64,000 bases of DNA from Vermamoeba vermiformis (lineage: Eukaryota), in the NCBI GenBank assembly GCA_045837725.1, contig JBEWZL010000011.1, positions 620,001 through 684,000 on the forward strand. The letters are read 5' to 3'. A program made the translations under genes and the position numbers. The notes below the pieces were generated by a model. The model was not told where the DNA came from. It did no database searches and worked only from the letters and a program-made list of their open reading frames with translations. Shown piece by piece: positions 14,031 to 27,200 of this stretch; position 1 is the stretch's first letter, and every line of letters starts with the position of its first letter.

Positions 14031-14524
14031 TTTGATCTGCTTCAAAAATAATATTAATTTACTGCTTTTAATAGATAATCGACAAATAAGTGCTTATGTG
14101 GGCTGATGCTTTGTAACAATATTGTTTTTAAAATCTGCCTAAATCCCACAAATTTATGATCTATCGCTATCAGCATGAATCAATGCTATCTGTAAATCCA
14201 TCACAATATCATGGAAGAATCATAGCAACCAATTTTGTCTCGTAATTAAGGTATCGCGATCGTATCCATCTGCGGGTTGTCATGCAAATAAAAAACTTTA
14301 TATTTTAATACATACCGTTAATCCTTCTTTCGGTGTTGTATTGTTGAACGTAAAAGAAAAATACAAAACTTTGGGTGCGGGTTGAAATTTCTAATTTGCC
14401 AGACGTTCAGGATTGGTCCAAAAAAATTATTAATTTTATGAGAGTGTTTTTTCCCTTTCTTTTTATCTCCTTCTTCTTTTGTCGTATTCAGGCCCCGTAG
14501 CTCACAGTATAATACACATAAAAA

Positions 14525-15195
14525 ATGGTAAGAGTCACGATCACGAAGAAGCAGTATATTAGGCACTGGAGGATTTATTATGAACGCTCAACTCTCATCG
14601 AATCTTTAATCTGAGATGCAGCAGACTACCAGCAATTTTAATTAATATTTCAATCAATATTATTATTGGCTTCGTTAAACTATATTGTTGGACAGTGATT
14701 ATTTTTATATCGTATTGCGAATAATTATTTTAATATTTACAATTTATTATAGACCAAGGGTACCCAAAGTTTTGGTAAGCGCCACATTAAGACACACATT
14801 TTGTGCCGCCGCTGTGGTAAGAGATCCTTCCACGCCCAAAAGAAGACTTGCGCTGCTTGCGGTGCCCCTAGCGCCAAGATCAGAAAGTGTAAGTATCAAC
14901 TTATTATTGTAACGCTTATATAATGCACGACGAAGACTGCTGGACGAATAGACTCGATGGAGGATAATTATCGTCGAATTAAACAATAATAATTGTTATT
15001 CGGATCGTGTAATAATTATTATCGTTCCTAGACAACTGGAGCGTTAAGGCCCAAAGAAGAAGAACCACTGGTACTGGTCGTGTTGCTCACTTGCGTGACG
15101 TCAGCCGCCGTCTTCACTCTCTCCAACGCACCAAGGTTGCCCAAACTGCCACCGTGTTGAAGATCAAGAGAAGATTGCTCCACACCTCTTCTTAA
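14525..15195 (+). CDS. RPL37: 60S ribosomal protein L37 (eL37), 3 exons; not in the ORF track
   Basis: ATG, intron 14528-14752, [37 protein letters not shown], intron, [20 protein letters not shown] 15193-15195. Confidence 0.96.
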
Positions 15196-15447
15196 ATGAC
15201 TTTATACCTTTGTCAATAAAAATGTCATTAAATTAAACTAAATTCTGCGTTTGAATGTAGATCGCTGATCTCACCCGAAATTCCCAAACTACAGATCAAC
15301 AGTGAACAATCTTTTTATTTAGGGTTTGTTTACAACGCGTAGATATTTACTTGTCAACAGCCTTAAGAGAACGAAAAAATAATGAGCCAGATCGAGTTTA
15401 GGCGCAACAGAGTTTCATTACATTTTTATTTAACTAAGGGCTATTTT

Positions 15448-16435
15448 TTAATGTTTAACCATCTTCTTTTGGTAAAAAGCGAGTTCTTCACCTTCCAAAA
15501 TGTAGCCGTCAGCACGACCGCTTTGACCGGGGCGAGAAGTAATCTTGGCCAAGAGTCTGCCAGTGGCGAATTGTTCTTCCAAAGCAGCATCGACAGCCTT
15601 GCTTCGTTGTCTGACAATAACCTTGTGGTCGAGGTCCTTTCGGCTGACTTCTTCCTTCTTTTCACCTTCAGTAGCCTTGCTTGTTCTCTTCTTCAAGGTG
15701 GTGGCGTAGTACTTCTCGTACCATTGCTTGAAGGGAGTAGCGTCGATTTGAATAACAGCACCCTTGACCAAAGTGTTGGTACGGACCAACTCGTTGCTGG
15801 TAGCATTGTATGAGACACCAATGATACGGGTCTTGCGAGTAACGGCTGGAGTGCAAATATAGTTTAGTATATTTGTTGTTTTCATAGTGCATTAATGATT
15901 ATCAGTGTTTGGATTTATACATCGTGTGATTAGTTGTAATAATTTTAGATTCGAAATCCTTGATCGTGTTTGATTTTTACCTTCAGTGGCCCAAGAGAAG
16001 TTGCCGGTTTCCAAACGAAGAGCACGGCTCTTGAAGTTACCACCGCGGCATCTAACCAAGTGGATTCTCTTTGAGCCGATCTTGGTAGCAGAGGGTTGGC
16101 GACCCATTTCAAACTTTCTCTTCTTGCGGTGAACCTTGCGCTTACCACCAGTAAGACGACGCTTGTATAACGAGGCTCTTGAGATACCTAAATAATAATG
16201 CGGATTAAAAAATATTTCGTTTAAATAATCCCTTTATCATTTGTAATCAATTAATACGTGCAACGATCATAATTATTATTGAATAGTTCTTTAATATAAT
16301 TATTGTAATTATTAAATTATTGTGGAAGCTCGTTGTTGCAACGCATCAAGTAAAAACGCTAGCAGCATCGCATAATTATATCTCCGCAGCTGAATTAATA
16401 TATTCTTCTAACAACAGGGCCGTATTCTTACCCAT
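15448..16435 (-). CDS. RPS8: 40S ribosomal protein S8 (eS8), 3 exons
   Basis: [78 protein letters not shown]. Confidence 0.97.
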
Positions 16436-16614
16436 AGTTGGCTCTGCTGTGCTTTGATCCGAATGAACGAAAGAGGAGAAGATTGAAACAAGAAGGGTGT
16501 GTTTTGGTCCAAAATTTGTGGCTGTTCTGTGATTGGTCAAAATTTTGACCGTCAAAGTTTGAGTTAACGAAACAACTTTGTTGACGAACGCGGCGTAGTT
16601 TTTGCGCTACAAAT

Positions 16615-18537
16615 ATGAACGTGTTGCTACGGAGGTGTAATAGTGTAAAAACACGTATTTTTACAAAGCGATCTGGATTTACACAGACACGCAGCTTTGG
16701 CTTCTTTGGAAAGAAACCAGACACCGAAGACAAAATACAATTAAAAAAATATATTGACGGCGATGCTGCAGTTGCTGTAGAGAGACGTCGTCGCCGAGAA
16801 ACAGTCGAATCTCGTTTTCTGCCCCTCACGTCCGTTCCGAAGTCAATCGAAGAAAGTCTTTCAACACAACCATTAACACCTCCAAAGTATGTATTATTTT
16901 TAAAAATAATAATTCGCAATTTTAATTGGGGTCAGGACTGAAATCACTACCCTGTCAAACGGCGCACGTGTCGGTACAGAAGAGAACTACAGCGTGTCGA
17001 GTTCTATTGCCCTCTTCTTCCACGCGGGTACTCGATTTGAACAGCCGCACAACTACGGCATATCACATTTAATTGAACGGCTGGCATTCAAAAGCACAGC
17101 TACCCGCACTGCAGCAGAAGTGACGCACGTGTTGGAAGACTTGGGTGCAAATGTGTCAATATCGAGCACGCGCGAGTTGATGACGTACAATGCAGATATA
17201 TTGCGCGTACACGTGCCAGTGGTGATGGAAGTGATGGCTGATGCGATTAAGAACCCACAGTTCACGGACGAGGAGATTGCCGAACAACTTGTAAGCAACA
17301 TATTTAACGGCAGTTGATTGACACGGAGTTGTGCGTATATTAATGTCATAATACTCACTAGGAAGTGATTGAATATGAAGCTAGCGAGACTAAAAACGCA
17401 CCAGAGACATTCTTGCCCGAGCTGCTGCACAAGGTATTGGATGCAAATATGCCAATCAATGCGGTATATAACACCTTGCATAGGCTGCTTATGGCAATGG
17501 ACCCCTCGGCAATTCACTGCTAGCCAACGAGGGACTGCACAACATTAAGCGCACGGATCTGTACGACTACCTCCGCAACTATTATGTCGGCAACAGACTC
17601 GTGATCGCGGGTGTAGGTGTGGAGCACAACAGCTTCGTGAAGTTGTCGCAGAACTACTTTGGAGATTTGCCCGCACAAGGACCCACACAAATCCCACCTT
17701 CGAGTGCGCAATACTACGGTGGTCTAGTCGCTGAGCCCTCGCCTGACGACATCAAATTCGTACGTGATATTAATAGCGTGACGAATGATTATAGTATACT
17801 GACACGTGTCAAATACAGGCCCACGTGACGATTGCCTTCAATTCAGCGTCGGTCATTGAACAAGATTTCTTCGCATTTTGCACGCTGCAAACACTGCTCG
17901 GCGGCGGCGGCTCGTTCAGCGCAGGAGGGCCAGGCAAGGGCATGTACTCGCGCCTCTACGCTGACGTCTTGGGCGGCTATTCGTGGACTGAGTCCGTCGA
18001 GGCCATGCACGTGACCTATCAGGACTCGGGTCTGTTTGGCATCTACGGCACTGCACCGCCACGTCACATACTCGCCATGATGCAGGTACGTTAGTGACAC
18101 GTGTCACTCGCGGTGTTCTAACACAAGTGACAGGTGATCATCGATCAGTTATTGTTGCTCGTCAAGAGTGGCGTCACGACCACCGAATTCAATCGCGCCA
18201 AAAACCAGCTCAAGTGCAACATGTTCATGAATCTCGAGTCACGTGCTGTAAGTCCTTGAATGACACTTGCGCCTCTGATATTGACACGTGTCAAATGCAG
18301 ATTTTGGCCGATGACATTGGCCGTCAGATCATGTGGTTCAAACAACGCTTCAGTGGCGAGGAGCTCTGCACACGCATCGATGCCCTGACCGTGGACGATC
18401 TTCAGCGCGTAGCTCAGCGACTGTTGCGCACTGCTCCGAGCATTGCTGTCTACGCACCACAAGCGTACTTGGACAAGTTGCCGGGCTATGATGCTTTTGT
18501 GGATTACATTAAAAGCCACGTGTCTCATGCGAAATAA
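16615..18537 (+). CDS. PMPCA: Mitochondrial processing peptidase alpha subunit, multi-exon
   Basis: Arg-rich presequence. Degenerate M16 motif GISHLIERLAF. Glycine-rich loop LLGGGGSFSAGGPGKGMYSRLY is diagnostic of MPP-alpha. Confidence 0.93.
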
Positions 18538-18654
18538 ACCTCTTGTACATATTTGTAAGTCATTGCCTAATTGAACTGAAATTTCCTTTGTTCTGGTGAA
18601 AATATTTCTCAGCGGTCCTTTCATTCGTTTTTTTCTAACCCTGCGATTGCCACA

Positions 18655-21195
18655 ATGCAATCCGAAGTAACCAACAAGTCTGAGACTAGTGGAGGTGCTG
18701 GTCGAGGACGTGGTCGTTCTTATGACAATAACAACACCAATAACAGAGGTCGAGGTGGATTTAGAGGCAATAAAAACAGAGGACAAAATTCACGAGGCCG
18801 TGGTCAGAATTCTTACAGAGGCGGAGGATCACATCACAACAATAATAACAGACACAATAATAATTCAAATTTACCACAACTGAAGCGAGAGAAAAATACG
18901 ATCCAGCAAAGACTAGAGGACGAAGTATTATCTATTGACAGCGAGAGTGATTTGACGCCAGTTGGATCTGTAAATAGCGACTCATTTGAAGAGGTATTGC
19001 ATTTATGTTCAATTTATTTTTATTTTTTTGAATTTTTGTTAATTTTTCCCGAAAGTCACAAAGCAACAGTTTGTAATGCACGAATCATTAGAACGAGTTA
19101 ATGTATTATCGTAAAATATTATTTCCACTATCTTTCGACTTCTAGAAGTTACTCAATACCGCCGTTTTCTGTGATTAATTGTAATTTCCTCCGTCAGATC
19201 TACCAAGCCCAGGCAAGTGAAAAGCCCACAACAGACGCACAACAAAAAGGCAACAAAAAACACGCACAGAACGCGAATCATTTGCTCAACTTCAGCTATC
19301 CCTCGGCGCGTGAACAGATCGCAGCTGAGCGCAAGGCCCGCGAACAAGAACAGCGCAACAGACAGCGCAAGAGAGTCGATTATGTGCCGTACAGACGCGA
19401 GCGATTTTTGCAAGCCAAGTAAGGGTTAATATGAGCTTAGTTAAGTCAGATCCAACTCACAGCGTCATTCGCTAACAGCTTCCGATTCGTCCTGTCCCCG
19501 AAGCTCGAGGGAGATTTCAGCGTGAATCTGACGGACCCTGATGCCGCGGTGGACTGGCGCCTCGTTGAAGAGGTGTTGGTGCCCTATCCTGCGCAGACTG
19601 ATTGCGAGTGCACCATTTGTCTCTCCCCGCCCACTGCTCCGTGAGTACTTGTGACACGTTGTTGCTGAACACTGTTTGACACCTGTCATTCTCCTTCACA
19701 GAAAAATCACGCGATGTGGTCACGTGTTCTGCTGGGGCTGTGTGGCGCGCTACATGTTGACAGGTCGCACGACTACTCGTCACGCGTGTCCGTGCCCCGT
19801 GTGTCAAGAGAACATCACGCTCGAAGACTTGCGCACGGCACGCATCATCAGCAATCCAGGGTACAGCCGCGACGACGAGATCACGCTCAGATTGCTCTGT
19901 CGCATGAAGGCAAGTACTTACAATATTTGGCAAGTACGTACTAACGCAGTGCCAGTACTCCAATCTCGTGCAGTTGCAGCCAGTATCGCTCTCAGGACTG
20001 GTGCAAGGACTGCCCTTGACCACACATCAAGTCGCCAAGTTCAATCGGCTCGTGCTCTCTGTGGACATCAGTGACATTTTGACACGCGAACAGGATCAGT
20101 TGACAGCACAGCTACAATTGGCTGTATCATCGGGCGAGCACGATCAAGTGCCATATTTGGAGCACGTGCTCGAAGAGTTAGATCTCCGTCGAGCTGCGCA
20201 TCAAAATCAACGTCAACTGCGCAGCATGTTGGACAATGTGCTCGGTGCGCAACACAGTCCGCGACAGCAAGACGATTATTGCTTCTTTTATCAGGGTACG
20301 GCATTGACATGCGTTCACTGAAACACGCAACTAATTGTCCAAATTTAGAACAAGAAGGCCAATACATTTATTTGCACCCTCTCAGCACTAAATATTTGCA
20401 GACAGCCCTGGGTATCGATTGGGTCAATTTCCCGCCAATTATCAGCGCGAAAGTGATTGAAATGGAAGATGTCACAGTCGATGAGGTGCGGTGCAGGTCA
20501 CTGATTGACACGTGTCAAGTACTCGAACTAATTGCCTTATTCAGGATTATCGTAAGAAGAATCGATGGCTGGCACACCTGCCACTGCGCTGCATCGTCAA
20601 AATGGCCCTGATTGATGTCTCGCCCTGGTTGACAGGTGACACCGTGCAGCAGTGGACCACTGAACTTAAACGACGCGAGACACGTCGCGCGCGTCAGGCA
20701 GCAGACGAAGAGCGCAAGGCAGCACGTGCACCCAAGCCAAAGAAGCCCGAGTACGTGATCGACATGAGCTTGATCTCGAGCGGAGATTTGGGCCCAGTTG
20801 TTCCGCCCTCGCAGCAAGAACTGACTTCGGACGAATTCTTCCCGTCTATTCAACACAGCAGCGACGACTCGTACCTCGTGGAGAGTGGAGAGCACGTGAT
20901 CACCAACCAATCAGGTGAAGTTCCGCAGAACAACACTAACAACGCGTGGTCCAAGCCACTGACGAACAGACTGGACTTCACGGCCCCGAACAACGAGGAG
21001 ATGTTCCCAGGCCTGGCACCGGGTCATGTGGTACTGCGGCGCGGAGATCCATCGCTGACGGGACCGTCCTTCGCCAATGTGTTGAAAGCCCCGCAACAGA
21101 CCAAACCTCGCAGCAATTCAAATAACAGCAATAGTAGCAATAATAAGAAAAAGAAAAACAACAAAACAGTGCTCGTGCTGGGTGGTGGTCGATAG
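18655..21195 (+). CDS. RNF10: RING E3 ligase RNF10/Mag2-like, multi-exon
   Basis: NANHLLNFSY, RERFLQANFRFVL, RING CTICL..KITRCGHVFCWGC..CPVC, FFYQ..GQYIYLHPL, RWLAHLPL, Lys-rich C-terminus. Confidence 0.87.
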
Positions 21196-21406
21196 TGATT
21201 GGTTGCACATCACTGGCGAATTTGTAAATAGAAGACACCTCTTTTGTGAATAAAACTCATCGTTCTATCTCTTTGCTTGGAATTTGAGACAGCGTGACCA
21301 GCGTTGATTGCTACGACATTATATCTTACTTGTGCGAGTTTATTTACAACAAATCAGTTCATTCTGAATCAAGGTTACAACGGCCTATTCAACGCTCTTA
21401 ATAATC

Positions 21407-23213
21407 TTATTTCTTCGCAAATTTGCCTGGGCTAGCATTGCCGCGCCCCTTGTTGAACTCGTTGTCTTTGATGCGCTGCAAATGTTCTTGCACGCACTGC
21501 AGCGCCAACAGCGTGGCCGAGCTCTTCTTGGTCTTCATCACAAAAGTGTGCAGTTGATCTTGGTCGTCGCGGTACTGCATTTTAAACTCGTCGCCCGTCG
21601 CTTCTTTCTCCGTGATGCGACTGTGCGGAATTTTTTTCACTTCGCCGTTGGGCTTGACACTGACCGCCAAGAATGATTTAGTTGTCGCAATATCTGCGTA
21701 GCCCAGTGGTGCCCCGTCGAGTGTGGCAAAGGGACAGCTGGTGAAAATGTTGCCGTTGTTTTTGAGAATGTTGATGTTGTAGTCGCGCGCCATCTTCTTC
21801 ATGATGTACACCCACGTGTCCCACACGCTGCGGTCGTCGGTCTGAAACTCGTGCGACACACCCCACACATCGACTGCGCGGCACATTAGCATTACTAAAT
21901 TAGGAAAGACAACCGGGTGACGTACCGATGGTGAATGTGCAAATGTCTTTTTCTTTTTCTTTGCGCTCCTCGCTCGTGATACAACTGCCCAGCAACAAGA
22001 CGCGACTCAGCTGACCTTTGCCGAGGTCTTTCATGTCAGCGTCGGACTTGCGTGTCTTGTAGATGCGAATGTGCAGATTGGTCATCACGCAGAAGAACTT
22101 CTTCCACGGCCCCTCTTGGATGCGCTTTTGAAAGCTCGACGAGCGAATGACACGCTCTGGCTCCACGGCAATGGGCAGTACCTGTCGGGGGGAGTTATTT
22201 CGGTGTTTCTTAATTAGGAAATACTCGGTGAATGGCTGCGTACCGTGTAAGCAGCGAGAACGTTGCCCTGTTGTTTTTTGATGCAGTTGTGCCACCGCAT
22301 TTGCTCGTCTTCGTTCGGAAACACCAAGAAATACTCTTTGTCGTTCTTCTTTGACAGGCGCAAGTTGAATGGTCTGTCGCAGTTCTTGTCGTCCATCGTC
22401 ACCTCGCTCAGATCTGCCAGATCTATGCGACCTTTTAGATTATCTACGAGCGACCCTGCTTTCTGCAATGCGATGAGAATATGTCGAATAAATACGCCTG
22501 AATAGTATTATAACGTACTGGTTGGTCTCCATAATAAAACAAGAAATTTCCTTGCAGCATTAACATCCGCTTCTTCCAATTTCGACTCACGTGACCTGCG
22601 CCTCCTTTCTTCATGCACCATATATTTAAGCCATCGCTCTGTAATGTTTGTTAGCGGTTTCGTTCGCAGTCACTGCGAGCGGATTTACCTCGAGGGATTT
22701 GGCTTTGCTGACAGCGTAACCGAACGCACTTCGCCAGCACTGGTATTCAGTCTCTGCATTATCAGAGGGTGGTACTGTTAATAAAAACTTGCGTCCGGTC
22801 TTTAAAGTCAAGCAAATCGCTGTTCCAGTGTCCATCTGGATGTCACCAACTGTTGCATCCGCCAGATACAGAATTTCAGACAATAATGTGGCCTCTTTTC
22901 CTTCGCCCTAATATCGTATATATAATTAAATCACGCGCGATGTTGATACTGCTCTATAAGTCGAATTTCTAATCGTAATAAATTAACTTGTACCGGCAGT
23001 ACAATTTCGGAATTTGAAAAAAAATATTCGATATTAATAATAGAATAACTAATTTATGATGATATTATATGCGATGAATAATGGGCTTACCGGAGCCTCT
23101 TGATAAAAAGAAGCGAATCCACCCTGCAAAATACACCAACCGTTTTTCTTGCTTTTGAATGTATCTCCTTTAAATAATGCGCGTTGTAACCAGCCACTGT
23201 GAAATAGTTCCAT
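21407..23213 (-). CDS. Multi-PH-domain protein (at least three PH domains)
   Basis: ATG 23213 (MELFHSGWLQR). PH signatures KKGGAGHVSRNWKKRMLMLQGNFLFYY, YFLVFPNEDEQMRWHNCI, PWKKFFCVMT and SVWDTWVYIM. Confidence 0.78.
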
Positions 23214-23717
23214 TGTATAAGAGGAGTATTATTGCGTAAGATCTGAATAAAAGTGGAATTAGCTCTATCTATGGTTGAGGCTGTTGCGTTGTGAATCTAG
23301 ACGGTTATTTAAATAATATAAAGCACCTAGTCTAGTCTATCACCGCCGAGGGTAACAACAGATAACTCGTTGGCTCGCGACTGATGGTACGACGAATTTA
23401 TTAAATTTATCAATTTACGTACCGAGCTTAGAATTCCAGTGAGAGGTGCTTGCAATGGTGGTGCAGTACGTCGGATTGTATTTACAATGCTGTTATCTGT
23501 CTTCTTCAACCCTTTTATCCTTATGGAGAAAGATTTCTCCGGCAGATCCCGACATCGTTCAACATCTCGTGAAAGCACAAAAGAAGGCGTCATGTATCAT
23601 GCCGTACCTGGAGGCTATTGTTGGGATATAAAAGCTTTCTTCGTCATGAGTTGAATTCTGAGAATTAACCAGTTGTTGTTTGGATCCTGCACTGGGCACA
23701 ACAAGGTGGCAACAATA

Positions 23718-24128
23718 ATGAATCAACAGCCATCCTTCAGAACGGTAAATATCTGATACTTTCATTGCTACGATTACTAAACGGCGTTTGTTCAGAAAAC
23801 TATTGAACAATTACTACGTGCAAAATGGCAAGAAAATACTAAAAGTAGGCAAATAATTAATATAATTTTTGATAAATAAGGCTACAACTAATACAATTTA
23901 AATAGTCACTGGAGACGGATTAAAACTTACCACAGAATATTTTCGCTTATTTATCGTTGGTATGAGGGTTGCTGCAATTATTATCTGAGAATAATTATTA
24001 AATTAATTATTGTGTCGATAGAGGCCTTAAATAGAGCCGCACATTACGCCAAAGAAGAAGGATTGAGTCAGATCGAGCCTGAACACATTGAAAAAGTTCT
24101 GCCACAGCTGCTATTAGACTTTGCATAG
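23718..24128 (+). CDS. CENPX: Centromere protein X / MHF2 histone-fold protein, 4 exons; not in the ORF track
   Basis: Spliced product MNQQPSFRTKTIEQLLRAKWQENTKITGDGLKLTTEYFRLFIVEALNRAAHYAKEEGLSQIEPEHIEKVLPQLLLDFA. EKVLPQLLLDF is the CENP-X C-terminal signature. Confidence 0.9.
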
Positions 24129-24236
24129 TGTCTAATACGAAGTATTGTTGTTGTACATAATTAAAGTTGTAATTCTAATTTACACGTTTATTTACATGTC
24201 ACTTGTTTGGATCGGATCGAACAATCATTTCTTGCC

Positions 24237-27200
24237 TTACTTGTTGTTATTATTATTCAGCGACACTACGGCAGCAGGAGTGCTCTTGCTCGCAATGAAC
24301 TTCTCGCACAGCTCTAACTCGCGCTTGGCCCCGCGTTTCTTGGCCTCGTCGCGAATGTCCTTGACGAGCGCGAGGTTGTGGGTCTTGATGGCACTCAAGT
24401 ACGCGCTCTTCAACTTGCCGCACAGCAGCAGTGCTTGGGCCTTGCTCTCTTCGCTCTTGATGCTCGTCGCGAACTTCTCCGCTGTGTTCGGGTCTTGATT
24501 CTGCTCCACGTACACTGCGCAAGTGTCAGTCGCTGTTTGACACGTGTCATTCGTTGATCTTTGCAGCACTTACCTTGCACGATGGCACTCAGGATCGGGT
24601 CCCATTCATCGTCGTTCAAGAACGGCTTGATGCTCTTGAGCAGCTCATTGACAAATTTGGTCTGTTTACTTTGCGCTAATTTCAGCAAAGCATTGTTGTA
24701 GATGCGTGCCATGGGCAGGTGGAATTCTTGCACGATTTTGAAGCCCAAGTCGAAGTTGTGCTCGACTAACATGCGCTCGGCGATGACTGTGCAATGGAGT
24801 GTTAGTAAAATGAAGTATTTCCTATTTTGGTAAGTGGCACGTACTGGACTTGGCCTGCGTGGTGCCGAACAAGCTGTTCTTTTGCTTCTTTTTCTTGCCC
24901 GTCTGCCCCTCCTCTTCACTCGGCTCGCTGAGTTCGGGCTCAGGCACGTTGTTGTTGTTCGTGCTGGTGTGTTTGGCGCCCTTGTGCTTGGCGAGCAGTT
25001 GTTGCATGAATTTCGTGACCTCGAGCTGGAGATTGATCGTCTTGACGTAGCGGTGAATGTCCGAGATCGATTTGGTGCCGAGAATGTTGCTGTTGATGGA
25101 CACCGTGCCGCCCTGTTTGTTGACTTCAGTTTGATACTCTTCGAGCCCTTGTTGCAGGTGTTGTTTGGCCAGGTTCAAATAATTGATTTTTTCGGCCAGA
25201 TCTTCGTTGCGCTCGAACAGTTTGATGCACGTGAGGCCGGCGCGAATGAAATCTCGCATCAGCACTTGGAACTCGAGCAGCAGCACTCCTTCTTTGCGCG
25301 CGTTGAAGTAGCGACACGTGGCCAAGAGACATTCGCGCCACTTGCCGAGCTGCGGATCAATTTTGAGCAGAATGTCTTTGAACTCTTTGAGCTTGTTGTG
25401 CGCGAGTATGTACAGCACGAGGTCGATGAAGAGTTGATTGCCCGCGTGCGTGGTGCCAGCAGTGCTGTTGAGTGTAGCACTCTGATCGGCTGCTGCTTGT
25501 GCCGCGAGTTGGTGACAGTAGCTGAGCACGTAGCGACACGCGTCTTCGAGCAGTTGATGGCGCAGCCAGAACGCGAGCAAGTCATTCGGTGTGCCGTAGT
25601 TCTGCAGGTAATAGCTGCGAGGGGAGTTAAGGAAGAGTGCAATATGTTAATTAAATTGGGTTATAATATTCCAAATTAGGCAATAAAAGGATACATGCAC
25701 TGCATATATCTCACGCTGTCGAGATTCAACTGTCGCTTCACCACCGCGACGGGATTGCGCGCTGCATTCGAAGTCGGTTCAACTTTCTTCTTTTGGGGCG
25801 AGCTAAAAATAGCACGGTGATTAGCGCACGTGCCCGACACCGCCGTTCACTGAACTTACACTTGCAGCACGTGCAAATAAGACTCGAAGGACATGGTGTC
25901 ATCGAAGGTCTTTGCGGCTTTTTTCGTGCCAGCTTTGCTCGCCAGTCTTTGCGATAATTCGTCGAATTTTTGACGCAAATTGAACGCGTCGAGCGGTGCA
26001 TCAGACTCGAGCACGTTGATGATGCGCGTCAACAGTGCACGGTTCACTGGCGGTGTGCCTGTTGTGCGACGTGGCTCTTGAGGGGCTGCGAGGGAAATTG
26101 AGGGAAATTGAGCGAAATTTCATAATTATGACCAAAAAAGGAGATTGACGACTTACTGAGCGAGTACTTGAACTTCTCTTTGGCCTGTTCGTACTTGCCC
26201 ATTTTGAGCAGCGACAGGCCCCACGCAGCCCAGACAGGCTCGCGCTCGACATTGCACTTGTTGGCGACTTCAATGGCCTCGTCCATGCGATCCTCTTCGA
26301 TCAGTTCGTCGCGCAGTTGACGCGCTTTGACTGGATCGTTCAGCGCATTCAAATCGAGATTGAACGGCAGCTTGTGACGCAAGCCATTCTTGTCCTCTCT
26401 AAAGGGATTCGTTAGAGGCATATACAGTATATTATTATAGGTGGTCTTGTTACTGACCTGGCACGGTCAATGCCAGTCAACAAAATGAGTCTGCGCAACA
26501 GATCCAGTCGTGAGAGCGTGATGTCGATCATCTCCGTCATGCTGATCACGTGACTGTCGCCGCTCAAGCTCTCTGACTCGCGATTGAGACGCACTTTAGC
26601 GTAGTACAGCAAGTGCGACACGGCTGACATGGCCTCTGCCTTGGTCCACTGCGACGTGTCACCTTTGACAGGTGTCATTGAGCCACTCTGACTCAGCTGA
26701 TTGGACACTTCATTGCTCGCTTGATTGGAGCTGGTACCGAATGCGAAGGTGCTTAATTTAGCTGCACCGTCCACGCACCACTTGGCGACCTAACAATGAA
26801 ATTAGACGGGAATACTAACACTGTTGAACACGCACTCGTTTGGCATCGTAGCACAGGTCGAGGATGGCAGTGGCGAGCACGTGATTGGGTGCTGAAGGAT
26901 AGCTGTGCTTCTTGCGCAGTGTCTCGGCGTTGTTCTCATCGAGGACCCACTGGCGATATTCACTCGGTCCTGCACGGTCTTGCGGCAGTTCGAGCGCTTT
27001 GTTCGCGTACAAAATGATCAGCTCGTCGTTGCGGATCTGCGGAATTTCTTTGAACACGGGCACGAGTGTGGAGGTCTGTTCGGACATGAGCAGCGACTCG
27101 ACGACGAGCAGCGGCTGGTTGAGCAGGCCTTTGAACACTTTCTGCTGCGCGGGGGGCAACAGTACGAGCACTTTAATGCCGAGCTCCTTGTCGTTGATGG

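Noticed and set aside
14565..14630. Possible box C/D snoRNA in RPL37 intron 1
   Set aside because: CTGA is present, but there is no convincing RTGATGA box, terminal stem or rRNA-complementary guide.
23327..23700. Short ORFs between the PH gene and CENP-X
   Set aside because: No recognisable motifs or consistent gene model. Probably UTR or promoter sequence.
24834..25679. Long antisense ORFs opposite real genes (also 18145-18786, 39460-40014, 52459-52998)
   Set aside because: Shadow ORFs of GC-balanced coding exons on the other strand.
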